A DNA stretch of 50,944 bases from a virus (lineage: Duplodnaviria; Caudoviricetes): positions 1 to 50,944 of the IMG/VR virus record IMGVR_UViG_3300018071_000003; one strand, given 5' to 3'. This document shows, piece after piece, positions 36,488-45,565 of the stretch. The notes under the pieces are model-generated. The model was not told the origin of the DNA. It did no database searches and worked only from the letters and a program-made list of their open reading frames with translations. Every line of letters begins with the position of its first letter. Within the stretch, counting starts at the first letter, position 1. Made by a program: the position numbers and the translations under genes.

Positions 36488-37117
36488 ATGGATAACCTCG
36501 AAGATTTTCATCAGAAATATCACAACACTTGGGTTCAATATCGTTCTGATGGTGTGTTGTCTCCAGCTCTAATTGAATTGATACAATTTGGTGAAAAATT
36601 AATATATATTCGTAGTTTGGAACTTGGAATAGTGTCGATTAAATATACAGAAAACCAATTGAAAGAGAAATTAGAACTATCACCGCCCCAAACCGGGTAT
36701 TTCAATTATAATGGGCACGCACTTGTCTTATTCAAGATTCCCGTAAGACAGTGGCGTGTCGGGCTTTGTCATGAAAATCATGAAATATACAATCCTTTCA
36801 AATACCTGTTGAATTCCGGAGTTTATCGTCCAACCTTCGGAGAAAGAACAGTAAGCGCTTTATTCAATCCAGCTTACATTCCTGACCCTCAAATAGCTTA
36901 TTCTATGTTTAATAAGAGCACTCATTCCGTTGCTCTTTCATGCCATCTTATGATTTCTAAATCACCTACAGAGAAACATTCAGGGCCACTTATCTGGTTT
37001 GATTGTAATCCATGTGGATTTATCCAAAGATCAAAATTTGTAGTCGAGGATGAATTATTTCGACAGGAAATTGAAGATGAATTACATCGCCTTGGACAAG
37101 AGAAATGGATTTTTTAG
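36488..37117 (+). CDS. Hypothetical protein within the ligase cluster
   Basis: P..GYFN...KIPVRQWRVGL motif; abuts both neighbours. Confidence 0.65.
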   Translation: MDNLEDFHQKYHNTWVQYRSDGVLSPALIELIQFGEKLIYIRSLELGIVSIKYTENQLKEKLELSPPQTGYFNYNGHALVLFKIPVRQWRVGLCHENHEIYNPFKYLLNSGVYRPTFGERTVSALFNPAYIPDPQIAYSMFNKSTHSVALSCHLMISKSPTEKHSGPLIWFDCNPCGFIQRSKFVVEDELFRQEIEDELHRLGQEKWIF

Positions 37118-38133
37118 CACACCTTGTTAAAGATTATGGAGGTCGTTGGAATGATCTTGCCCGGCTAAGTTATCCATTTGAAGATTATATGAAAGCAATT
37201 CCAGTTGCTAGCTATAAACCATTTGAAATGGTGCGTCCTCGTTTGAAAATAGGTATTGAAGTAGAAGTAGAAAAGGTAGCTCATCATCTAGGTGTGAATA
37301 TGGCCAATGAAATGTGGATGACACGAGAGGATGGTTCTCTCAGACAAGGTGGAATCGAATTCGTCTCTATTCCAATTGCAGATCAACAAATTCCTTGGGC
37401 CATTCACTATTTATTCGATCAATATTTACCTAAAGACGCTGATTTCTCAGCCCGCACATCTATTCACGTCCACGTGAATGTCCGTAATTGGTCATGTAAG
37501 GAGATTTTGAATTTGATTTTGTTATACATTGTGTTTGAACGGTTGTTATATCGTTTTGCAGGACCACAACGCTATCAAAACATTTTCTGTGTGCCTATTC
37601 GAGAAACAAAACTGCCAATTGTATTATCAAATTATTTAGCAAATGGAAATTTTCAAGGTTTGCTAGAATCTTGGACTAAATATAGTGGACTTAATTTAGT
37701 ACCTATTCGTAAATTTGGGACAGTTGAATACAGGCATATGCGTGGACACCGTAACACTGAATATCTTTTAAATTGGATTAATGTTATTCAGCAACTTCAC
37801 AAAACAGCATGTAACGTAGATTTTATTGAATTATTTGATGAAATTAAAATGTTAAATACAACTTCTTCGTATGAACAATTTCTTATGAATACATTCAAAG
37901 ATCAATCTGTGTTTCTACTTGGTAAATGTAGTTTACAACGAGAAATGGAATACGGAGTTTCTATAGTAAAAAGTATTCAACCACCATCGCAATTTATTAA
38001 AAAACTACTTAATGACATTTCAAATGAATCCGACTTGCTTCAAAGTTTGAAAATAATTGATAAACAAACTAAAAAAGATATTAATTACTATGCCCCTGGG
38101 GTTTGGGATGTCATTGATGGAGTAGTAAGATAA
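37105..38133 (+). CDS. Putative amidoligase (glutamine-synthetase/COOH-NH2 ligase fold)
   Basis: IGIEVEVE, DGSLR..GIEFVS, RTSIHVHVN, KYSGLN, GTVEYRH. Confidence 0.85.
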   Translation: MDFLAHLVKDYGGRWNDLARLSYPFEDYMKAIPVASYKPFEMVRPRLKIGIEVEVEKVAHHLGVNMANEMWMTREDGSLRQGGIEFVSIPIADQQIPWAIHYLFDQYLPKDADFSARTSIHVHVNVRNWSCKEILNLILLYIVFERLLYRFAGPQRYQNIFCVPIRETKLPIVLSNYLANGNFQGLLESWTKYSGLNLVPIRKFGTVEYRHMRGHRNTEYLLNWINVIQQLHKTACNVDFIELFDEIKMLNTTSSYEQFLMNTFKDQSVFLLGKCSLQREMEYGVSIVKSIQPPSQFIKKLLNDISNESDLLQSLKIIDKQTKKDINYYAPGVWDVIDGVVR

Positions 38134-39570
38134 ATGTGTGGAATTGTAGGGCTTGTAACTAAATCAACTAATGGTTGTACTGCTTTTCAGCAGGAACTAT
38201 TTGCTGAAATGTTAGTGTGTGATGCAATTCGTGGAGAGGATTCCACAGGTATTTTCGCAGTTAATAATTCCGGAAACGTCACTTACATTAAACTTGCAAG
38301 TCATCCTTTTAATCTTCTTAAGACCAGCGAATATCTAACATTAAAACAGGATTCTTGGAACTCTGGACGTATCTTGGTTGGTCACAATCGGAAGGCATCA
38401 AGTGGAGCAATTTCTAACGAAAATGCACACCCATTTGCATTTGGGCCTATTGTTCTTGTTCATAATGGGTTCATTGATAATTTTCGTAGTCTCGTTCATC
38501 ACAAAGAACGTGAGAAGAACAATATTGAAGTAGATTCTCATGCATTAACGTCTTTGTTGGCGCGCAATGATCCAATGAAAATTATTCCTGAATTGAAGGG
38601 AGCTTTCGTTATCATATGGTATAACGCAACAGAGAAAAAACTATATTTTGTTCGCAACACAGAACGTCCGTTTTCTTTAGTAGATATAAATGATGGAATT
38701 TATTTTGCGTCGGAAAAAGGAATGCTTCGATGGCTCTTGCATCGTCATCAAGCTAAAGCCGAAATTGCAGAAATAAAACCCGGTGTCTTACTTTCCTTAG
38801 ATGAGAATAATGTTTGGGAAAACAGGCCCGTTAAGCTTTATGAGAAACCTGCGGTGTTTGTTCCTAAAGAATATGCTCCACCAGCAACAAATGGAGAGAT
38901 AGTTTATCTCCCTAACCAAATTAAGCAAGTTCCCAAAACAATTGACATGAAACTTGAGGAATCATTTAATATCCATTATGGTGATGATCATGATGTTGAT
39001 TTGACTAATGCACCACCCTTTCCACAAATTGTATTCTCTGTTGACGACTACAAGAAAGTCTCTGAAGACCACGTAAATCCTCCTGTATGGAGACTGTGGG
39101 GCAAGGCACTAGACTCGGAACAAATTGATGTCTATTGTCAATTTAGAGGAACAGAAACACAATGTGACGAATATGCCTATCAGGCATTTTTAACAGGGCA
39201 CATTAGTAGGGTCTCCGATAGAATTATCAATAATCAACAGGGTCAGGCTGTTTACTGTCTGCATCCGAAACTATGCGAAATTACAGCAACGTCAGATAAT
39301 TTCGCAATTACCACAGAGCATTTAGCATATTTGCAGAATAAATCTAAATGCACTTGTGGGCATGTGGAAATTTCGACTATGAATGATGAAGACAAGGTAG
39401 TTATGAGACTTGGATTTGAAACTCAGATAACCTGTAAATGGTGTTTAGTAAATACTCCAGAGTGTAAAGAATTGTGTAAAGAGCCAGGGCAATGTCAATA
39501 TTGTGTGGGTGAAAAACAAAAGGAAGAAGGTGAAAAGCTTAAGAATATTGCCGTACAAGCCAGGAAGTAA
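38134..39570 (+). CDS. Class II (Ntn) glutamine amidotransferase with C-terminal extension
   Basis: N-terminal MCGIVG, RG.DSTG, GHNR, NAHPF, HNG, VDS; Cys-rich C-terminal tail. Confidence 0.9.
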   Translation: MCGIVGLVTKSTNGCTAFQQELFAEMLVCDAIRGEDSTGIFAVNNSGNVTYIKLASHPFNLLKTSEYLTLKQDSWNSGRILVGHNRKASSGAISNENAHPFAFGPIVLVHNGFIDNFRSLVHHKEREKNNIEVDSHALTSLLARNDPMKIIPELKGAFVIIWYNATEKKLYFVRNTERPFSLVDINDGIYFASEKGMLRWLLHRHQAKAEIAEIKPGVLLSLDENNVWENRPVKLYEKPAVFVPKEYAPPATNGEIVYLPNQIKQVPKTIDMKLEESFNIHYGDDHDVDLTNAPPFPQIVFSVDDYKKVSEDHVNPPVWRLWGKALDSEQIDVYCQFRGTETQCDEYAYQAFLTGHISRVSDRIINNQQGQAVYCLHPKLCEITATSDNFAITTEHLAYLQNKSKCTCGHVEISTMNDEDKVVMRLGFETQITCKWCLVNTPECKELCKEPGQCQYCVGEKQKEEGEKLKNIAVQARK

Positions 39571-40369
39571 GTCCGCTAGAGCCATTGCTAAGGCGCTCAA
39601 TGGATTGAGAGTTAGATTCAATGGTTTGTTCCGCCCAAAACTTAAACATCTTGTGGTCAATTGGGGTAAGGTAGCCAAGCCTAGGTGGTGGATTACCGGA
39701 TTGAATGATCCTGCGAAAGTGCAACTATCATCAAACAAGCTAACGGCATTGTCGTGTTTAAGACAAGCAGGAGTTTCCACACCGGAGTTTACTGATGACA
39801 TTCAAACAGCGCGTCAATGGTGGTTGTCCGGATCAGTTGTTGTCGGACGACAGATTTTAAATGGTCACGGAGGTATAGGATGTATTATTTTTCATAAAGA
39901 TCGAGACGACGTTGACGGTGGGTTTGACGGAGAACCACGAGATTGTCCTTTGTATACTAAACACCTACGTCATAAACGTGAATTCCGCATTCATGTCTTT
40001 AAAGGACAAATAATTGACCAAGTTGAAAAGCTCAAAAAGAAAGGATTTGAAAACCGTAACTCATGGATCAGGAACTACAATAATGGATATGTCTTTGTAC
40101 GTGGCGGTGTTGTCATTCCCAAATGCGTACGAATGGAAGCACTTCAAGCTGTCCAAGCCCTACAGCTTGACTTCGGGGCAGTCGATGTGGCGTATCGTGA
40201 AAAAGAAGACAAAGCCTACGTGCTAGAGTGCAACACAGCACCGGGTATTGAAGGGCAAACAATTAGGAGCTACATTGAAGCAATTAGACAAGAACTTCAA
40301 AGGAAGGTAAAATCCAATCATGGTAACCACTTTATTCATCTTCTTAGTATTCAACGGAGAAAAAAATAA
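39530..40369 (+). CDS. ATP-grasp ligase (RimK-like, phiEco32 type)
   Basis: VNWG, NKL..L..L, EFRIHV, WIRN...G, LDFGAVDV, VLECNTAPG; probable GTG start 39530. Confidence 0.85.
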   Translation: MKSLRILPYKPGSKSARAIAKALNGLRVRFNGLFRPKLKHLVVNWGKVAKPRWWITGLNDPAKVQLSSNKLTALSCLRQAGVSTPEFTDDIQTARQWWLSGSVVVGRQILNGHGGIGCIIFHKDRDDVDGGFDGEPRDCPLYTKHLRHKREFRIHVFKGQIIDQVEKLKKKGFENRNSWIRNYNNGYVFVRGGVVIPKCVRMEALQAVQALQLDFGAVDVAYREKEDKAYVLECNTAPGIEGQTIRSYIEAIRQELQRKVKSNHGNHFIHLLSIQRRKK

Positions 40370-40392
40370 ATGACTCGTATTATAGAGGATGT

Positions 40393-40617
40393 ATGCGCTG
40401 CGTAGCTTGTGACTGTGAATTGAAAGAGCATGAATCCAAACGAAAAGGATTGTTCAGCCGTGAATACATTGATCTGTGTGACGCCTGTTTCGTAACAATT
40501 GCCGATGATTTTCCTCTGGCCACTGGCAATGATGCAGTGGATGACGATTTACGGAAAGAATATTCCAACCCCACCAGCCCCACTTGGGAAGATGACAGCA
40601 ACGAAAATTTCGATTAA
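40393..40617 (+). CDS. Small zinc-finger protein
   Basis: MRCVACD...DLCDAC, acidic tail; GAGG SD. Confidence 0.7.
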   Translation: MRCVACDCELKEHESKRKGLFSREYIDLCDACFVTIADDFPLATGNDAVDDDLRKEYSNPTSPTWEDDSNENFD

Positions 40618-40888
40618 ATGTCGAAAATGTGACAAAGAGATTTATTTCAGCAGCTTTCAATATAATGCAAAAGCCTGCAATAGGAAGAAGTGTTGGATTA
40701 GAACACAGAAGGCTCGCAATGAAGCAGCTCTTTTGAAAGGATGCAACGCTGATGATTTTCTGTTTCCACTTACAGGTAAAATTGTAATAGTTGAAGAAAC
40801 CAAAGTAGTCAATGAGAATCGATATGCAGAAGGTAAAATAATGAGGGATGGAAAGTGGGTCTATCCTGTTGATTATTATGGTGATTAA
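40592..40888 (+). CDS. Cys-motif hypothetical protein
   Basis: CRKC...CNRKKC; likely ATG at 40592. Confidence 0.55.
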   Translation: MTATKISIKCRKCDKEIYFSSFQYNAKACNRKKCWIRTQKARNEAALLKGCNADDFLFPLTGKIVIVEETKVVNENRYAEGKIMRDGKWVYPVDYYGD

Positions 40889-41607
40889 TGAGCGAATTTG
40901 TCAGACATGAAAACTGCCCCTATTGTAACAGCCGCGATAATTTGGCTCGTTACGATGATGGTCACGGCTATTGTTTTGGCTGCCATTACACTGAACCAGC
41001 TACCGAAAAATGGTTAGGTCACAAACCCGTCTTAAAGGTGCTAACAACCCTTCGGGCATTGCCAGACGACGCAAAGCCTCAAATCGGGGCAACCGGGTGG
41101 ATGTGGCTCAAGAAGTATGGTATAATCGAAACCGAGACCTCGGGCTTTCTCTGGAGCGACTCAAAGCAATGGCTGATTTTTACCTTCAAAGATGGTAATG
41201 GAACTATCATCGCTTGGCAAGCTCGTAACTTCAACAAAGATCGTCCTAAACCCAAGTACCTTAGCTACGGCCCCATTGGCGACATCTTGGTGGAGTTTGG
41301 GGAAGGCAATTGTTGTGTACTTACCGAAGACGTAATTTCTGCAATAAAGGTAGGTAGAAGCACTGGGGTAGTTGGGGTACCTCTCTTTGGCTCAGGAATA
41401 CCCCTAAAACTGCTCACAAGGCTCTACAGGCTCTTTAAAACAGTGGGTATATGGCTAGATAGCGACAAGACTAGAGAATCGCTCCTAGCGCGTTCTAGAG
41501 CCAACCAATATTTCCCTCACGTATTTACCATATTAACTGAGAAAGACCCCAAGGAGTACAGCGATGAGGCAATTAACGAGAAAATATGTAATTCTATGGA
41601 AATTTAG
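40888..41607 (+). CDS. DNA primase (Zn ribbon + TOPRIM)
   Basis: CPYC.S.DNL..Y.DGH.YCFGC; WQARNF; KY; LTEDVISAIK; WLDSD; DPK. Confidence 0.9.
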   Translation: MSEFVRHENCPYCNSRDNLARYDDGHGYCFGCHYTEPATEKWLGHKPVLKVLTTLRALPDDAKPQIGATGWMWLKKYGIIETETSGFLWSDSKQWLIFTFKDGNGTIIAWQARNFNKDRPKPKYLSYGPIGDILVEFGEGNCCVLTEDVISAIKVGRSTGVVGVPLFGSGIPLKLLTRLYRLFKTVGIWLDSDKTRESLLARSRANQYFPHVFTILTEKDPKEYSDEAINEKICNSMEI

Positions 41608-41610
41608 TTC

Positions 41611-41639
41611 TTGACAGTCTTTTAAATATATGTTATAAT
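41611..41639 (+). promoter_or_regulatory. Sigma70 consensus promoter for helicase/polymerase operon
   Basis: TTGACA-17 nt-TATAAT with extended -10 TG. Confidence 0.85.
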
Positions 41640-41712
41640 TATATTATGAAAAGGGCGAAGGTAAATGAAATGAAAGGGCTCTGGTAATAGTATATATATA
41701 TATAATAAAGAA

Positions 41713-41731
41713 GTGCGAGCTGTCCGAGCAC
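41713..41731. other. Hairpin with tandem G.A mismatch (copy 2)
   Basis: GTGC-GA-G-CTGTC-C-GA-GCAC, just after (TA)7 at 41691-41704. Confidence 0.45.
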
Positions 41732-41744
41732 GGAGGTAATAACA

Positions 41745-42986
41745 ATAATCCCTGAAATAGCATTCTTCAAGCTTCTCCTCACCGTCGAAGGTTACAAGCG
41801 GTGGTATTCCCTTATCAATGTGGATAAATATCAATACAAAGAAATTAGTGTCTTATATAAGACACTTAAGATTTACTTTGATAAATATCCAGATCAGGAT
41901 TCAACAATTGATGAATTCTCATCATTCTTTTTTAATTACTACGTTAGACTCAAGAAAGAGGACATAGATGCGTACCAGATCATCTTCAAGCAAATTAAGG
42001 AATCGGACGTATCTCCAGACAAAGCACAGGATTTACTTCAAAACATAGAAGCACGTCGTACAGCAATTGAAATCGCAGAGTGTGCCTTGTCTTTCTCCGA
42101 GGGAAAGACTTCTGAGGATAAGTTTCGGGAAAGCTTTCAACATTTTCAAACTCGGGATGTTGAGACAGAATCTACGCAGTTTATCACGGACGATTTAGAT
42201 GAAATACTCAACCAAACGTACCTCAAACCGGGACTTCGATGGAGGCTCGGAACTCTTAACCGTGCTTTGGGATCATTACGTCGAGGAGATTTCGGATTTG
42301 TGTTCGCCCGCCCGGAGACTGGAAAGACTACATTTCTTGCTTCGGAAGTTACGTACTTTGCAACACAAACAGATAAGCCAATTATATGGTTCAACAACGA
42401 AGAACAAGGACAAAAGGTAAAGGTAAGATGCTACCAAGCAGCACTAGGTTGTACCCGTGAATACCTCATCTCAAACAGAAAAAAATGTTATGAAGACTTT
42501 ATCAGACTCACAAAAGGCAACATTAAGCTATCTGACTCAGGCACACTCTTTCGCGCGGACGTTGAGCGCATTGTCGATGGAGTTGGCCCAGGACTTATCA
42601 TATTTGATCAAATTGACAAGATTGGAGGGTTCTCTGCCGACCGAAACGACCTTGTTATGGGAGCGATCTACCAATGGGCTAGAAACCTTGCTAAAGAAGT
42701 TGCACCAGTCATTGGAATCTGTCAAGCTGATGGCTCAGGGGACGGACAGAAATGGCTAACCATGAACAACGTAGCGGAAGCTAAGACAGCCAAGCAAGCA
42801 GAGGCCGATTGGATTTTGGGCATAGGGAAAACTTACTCTGATGATATGGAATATATTAGACACTTTCATCTAAGCAAGAACAAATTAGCAGGAGATGGTG
42901 ACTCAGACCCAACATGGAGACACGCAAAATGGGACGTGCTGTTGCAACCAGAACTAGCGAGGTATAAAGACCTTGGAAACGATTGA
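41745..42986 (+). CDS. Replicative DnaB-like (SF4) helicase; probable ATA start at 41745
   Basis: ARPETGKTTF Walker A, NNEE, IIFDQIDK, CQAD, K.AEAD.ILGIG, KNK; frame extends 25 codons above the GTG at 41820 to an ATA 7 nt after GGAGGT. Confidence 0.9.
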   Translation: MIPEIAFFKLLLTVEGYKRWYSLINVDKYQYKEISVLYKTLKIYFDKYPDQDSTIDEFSSFFFNYYVRLKKEDIDAYQIIFKQIKESDVSPDKAQDLLQNIEARRTAIEIAECALSFSEGKTSEDKFRESFQHFQTRDVETESTQFITDDLDEILNQTYLKPGLRWRLGTLNRALGSLRRGDFGFVFARPETGKTTFLASEVTYFATQTDKPIIWFNNEEQGQKVKVRCYQAALGCTREYLISNRKKCYEDFIRLTKGNIKLSDSGTLFRADVERIVDGVGPGLIIFDQIDKIGGFSADRNDLVMGAIYQWARNLAKEVAPVIGICQADGSGDGQKWLTMNNVAEAKTAKQAEADWILGIGKTYSDDMEYIRHFHLSKNKLAGDGDSDPTWRHAKWDVLLQPELARYKDLGND

Positions 42987-43024
42987 GCTAGTTGTAATTC
43001 TCGTTACTTTAATGAGTGTCAAGA

Positions 43025-43396
43025 ATGATTGAAGCTGCTCTCCTCTGCCTAGCCCTCAATTTATATCATGAGGGCGCGAAGGAGGAGCCATTACCCGGAC
43101 TATTTGCCATTGCTCAAGTAACTCTCAATAGGGCACAGCGTAATCCAGATAAAGTCTGTGAGGTGGTACAGGAATATAAGCAATTCTCATGGACATTGCG
43201 TCCTCCCAAGGTAGAAGAAGGTCCAGCATGGAGGCGTGCGCAGGATGTAGCTAAGTTATCTTTAAGTACGAATGATTTTACTGGAGGAGCAACCCACTTC
43301 GCAGCAATTTATGTAAATCCCTATTGGAAATCTGATATGACAATTCTTGGACAATGGGGATCTCACATCTTTTATAAACAGAAAAGAAAAAAATGA
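43025..43396 (+). CDS. SleB/Hydrolase_2-like cell wall hydrolase
   Basis: CLALNLYHE, V..NR, CEVV...QFSW, GATHF, P.W, G.HIFY. Confidence 0.85.
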   Translation: MIEAALLCLALNLYHEGAKEEPLPGLFAIAQVTLNRAQRNPDKVCEVVQEYKQFSWTLRPPKVEEGPAWRRAQDVAKLSLSTNDFTGGATHFAAIYVNPYWKSDMTILGQWGSHIFYKQKRKK

Positions 43397-44019
43397 GGCT
43401 TGTAATTATCAGTGATACCCACTGCACTCAGCCAAACGTACCCGACGGTGATGTTCTAATTCATTGTGGGGATTTTACATTTCATGGTAGGGCGTTTGAG
43501 ACAAAAGATTCACTTGAATGGTTTAACAGCCTTCCACACAAGCATAAACTATTCACTGCTGGAAACCATGAACTTGGATGGGAAGATGAGGTTAAGCGGA
43601 ATGTTTATCTTGATTGGGCTTCAAAATGTACTTACCTGCATGCAACGGGCGTAGAAATTGATGGCGTAAAGTTTTGGGGTAGTCCTTTTCAACCGGACTT
43701 TATGGGATGGGCATTTCAACTTCCGAGAGGCAACCGCTTAAAGGAACATTGGAGTTTAATTCCAGATGATACCGACGTGCTAATTACACATGGTCCACCT
43801 TACGGATTTGGCGATACTAACGGCGATCCTCGGGACTTTCGTTTTGGAGATAAAGACCTGTTAGCTCGTGTCTTAGAAGTTAAACCCGATGTTCACTGTT
43901 ATGGTCACGCCCATGGCGGATATGGTCAATGGTTCTTTGAAGGCATTCACTTTATCAACGCAGCATTATTAAACGAGAGCTATATGCTCGCAAACCAACC
44001 TGTCGTGGTGGATTTATGA
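43393..44019 (+). CDS. Metallophosphoesterase
   Basis: ISDTH, HCGD, GNHE, THGPP, GHAH. Confidence 0.9.
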   Translation: MRLVIISDTHCTQPNVPDGDVLIHCGDFTFHGRAFETKDSLEWFNSLPHKHKLFTAGNHELGWEDEVKRNVYLDWASKCTYLHATGVEIDGVKFWGSPFQPDFMGWAFQLPRGNRLKEHWSLIPDDTDVLITHGPPYGFGDTNGDPRDFRFGDKDLLARVLEVKPDVHCYGHAHGGYGQWFFEGIHFINAALLNESYMLANQPVVVDL

Positions 44020-44363
44020 GAAAACTATTGTTGCTGTTGGTGTGTGTACCATCGTTTGCATTTGCACAAGGAATAGATTTTACACGTCCTCCTGCTCCAG
44101 ACTGGCCCAATCTTGAGATTGTCAAACACTATGGAAACATTACAATTTGTACGCAGCCTTTAGGTATTACAACAATTGCTTGTGCTACACCTGATTTTAA
44201 GAATAATAAGTGCGATGTCTACCTTCCGTCTGCACCTGTCTTACGTTGGATTGTTCAACACGAAGAAGCCCATTGCCAAGGATATGATCATTATGAAGAC
44301 TCGGTAATGCACGATGCTTGGGAAAATTACAAAAAGGATCATAATGAAGAAGGGGAAGAATGA
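44016..44363 (+). CDS. Exported small HExxH (zincin-like) protein
   Basis: Signal peptide MRKLLLLLVCVPSFAFA; HEEAHCQGYDH. Confidence 0.6.
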   Translation: MRKLLLLLVCVPSFAFAQGIDFTRPPAPDWPNLEIVKHYGNITICTQPLGITTIACATPDFKNNKCDVYLPSAPVLRWIVQHEEAHCQGYDHYEDSVMHDAWENYKKDHNEEGEE

Positions 44364-44366
44364 GGA

Positions 44367-45062
44367 ATGAAGCTCTGTGTTGACACCGAAATTACCACCT
44401 ACGCGACAGGTAATGCTTTTAGCCGTCGTAACCATTTGTGCTGTGTTTCTGTTCGTTCGGACAACGACGGGGTTACTAGGTGCATCAAATGGGAGCATAA
44501 CGGAGAGCCAGTATCAGCAGATAATGTCTCATATCTACAGGATGCCTTAAACCGTGCCTTATTGGTCATTGGCTTTGCCATCAAATTTGACTTGCATTGG
44601 CTTCGCCGTTGTGGTATAATAGAGGGGTATTCTTTTGAAAACTTACAGATTTGGGACTGCCAACTCGCACAGTTTGTCATTCAATGTCAGTCGGAACGAT
44701 ATCCGTCACTCGACAAGTCGTGCGCTTATTTTAACCTTGGCCAGAAATCGACGATCATTGAGAAAGAATATTGGGATCGTGGAATTGATACGGACCAAGT
44801 ACCTTGGGAAATCTTAGAAGAGTATGCTAATCGGGACGTAGATTTGACGTGGGAGTTGTATCAAGCACAACAGAAATACTTGACCGACAAACCGGCCTTA
44901 CTACGTCTAATTAAACTGAGTTGCATGGACACACTTGTACTTGCGGAAATGGAATATAATGGTTTGAAATATGATGTAGAAGAATCTCTGAAAAGAGCAG
45001 CACAAAAACAACAGGAGATTGACGAAATTGAGAGGCAAGTTAAAAGCATCTGTCGTATTTAA
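44367..45062 (+). CDS. DNA polymerase family A, part 1 (3'-5' exonuclease domain)
   Basis: ExoI VDTE, ExoII KFDLHWL, ExoIII YANRDV, then L.EMEYNG. Confidence 0.9.
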   Translation: MKLCVDTEITTYATGNAFSRRNHLCCVSVRSDNDGVTRCIKWEHNGEPVSADNVSYLQDALNRALLVIGFAIKFDLHWLRRCGIIEGYSFENLQIWDCQLAQFVIQCQSERYPSLDKSCAYFNLGQKSTIIEKEYWDRGIDTDQVPWEILEEYANRDVDLTWELYQAQQKYLTDKPALLRLIKLSCMDTLVLAEMEYNGLKYDVEESLKRAAQKQQEIDEIERQVKSICRI

Positions 45063-45067
45063 GACTG

Positions 45068-45565
45068 ATGAATAATGCAGGTTTTAGCTTTAACAGTGGA
45101 GAGCATCTTTCCGCTCTTTTGTATGGTGGTGTTGTGCGTTTTGTTGAATCAACTCCTTATCTGCATACGTTCAAGACTGGGCCACTAGCAGGCCAAACGA
45201 AGGAACGATTCATTAAAAAGAAGATAGAGACTACTCTACCTCGCCTTGTCGAACCGTTACCCAAAACCGAGTTGAAGAAACTAGGTTATTGGTCTACGGA
45301 CGCATCAGTGCTAAGTCGGTTAAAAGCCAAAGGCACTGCTCGACGAGTCGTTGAGCTTATAAAACGAAGAAACGAACTCGAACGACTTGTTTCTACCTAC
45401 TATCATGGAATACCGAAAACCATTGAAGAGAAAGATTGGGAACCCGGATGGCTACACGGCCAGTTCAACCAAGTTACTGTTGTCACTGGCAGAACTTCGT
45501 CTAGTAGTCCTAATTTGCAAAACATGGCATCAGAGGTGGACGAATTAATAAAAACAAGGTTCTAA
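45068..45565 (+). CDS. DNA polymerase family A, part 2 (thumb/palm)
   Basis: FNSGEHLSALLYGG, STD..VL..L, LHGQFNQ....TGRTSSS.PNLQN. Confidence 0.85.
   Translation: MNNAGFSFNSGEHLSALLYGGVVRFVESTPYLHTFKTGPLAGQTKERFIKKKIETTLPRLVEPLPKTELKKLGYWSTDASVLSRLKAKGTARRVVELIKRRNELERLVSTYYHGIPKTIEEKDWEPGWLHGQFNQVTVVTGRTSSSSPNLQNMASEVDELIKTRF

Noticed and set aside
41622-41834. Minus-strand 70-aa ORF between primase and helicase
   Set aside because: Antisense to a promoter, the (TA)7 tract and the extended helicase N-terminus
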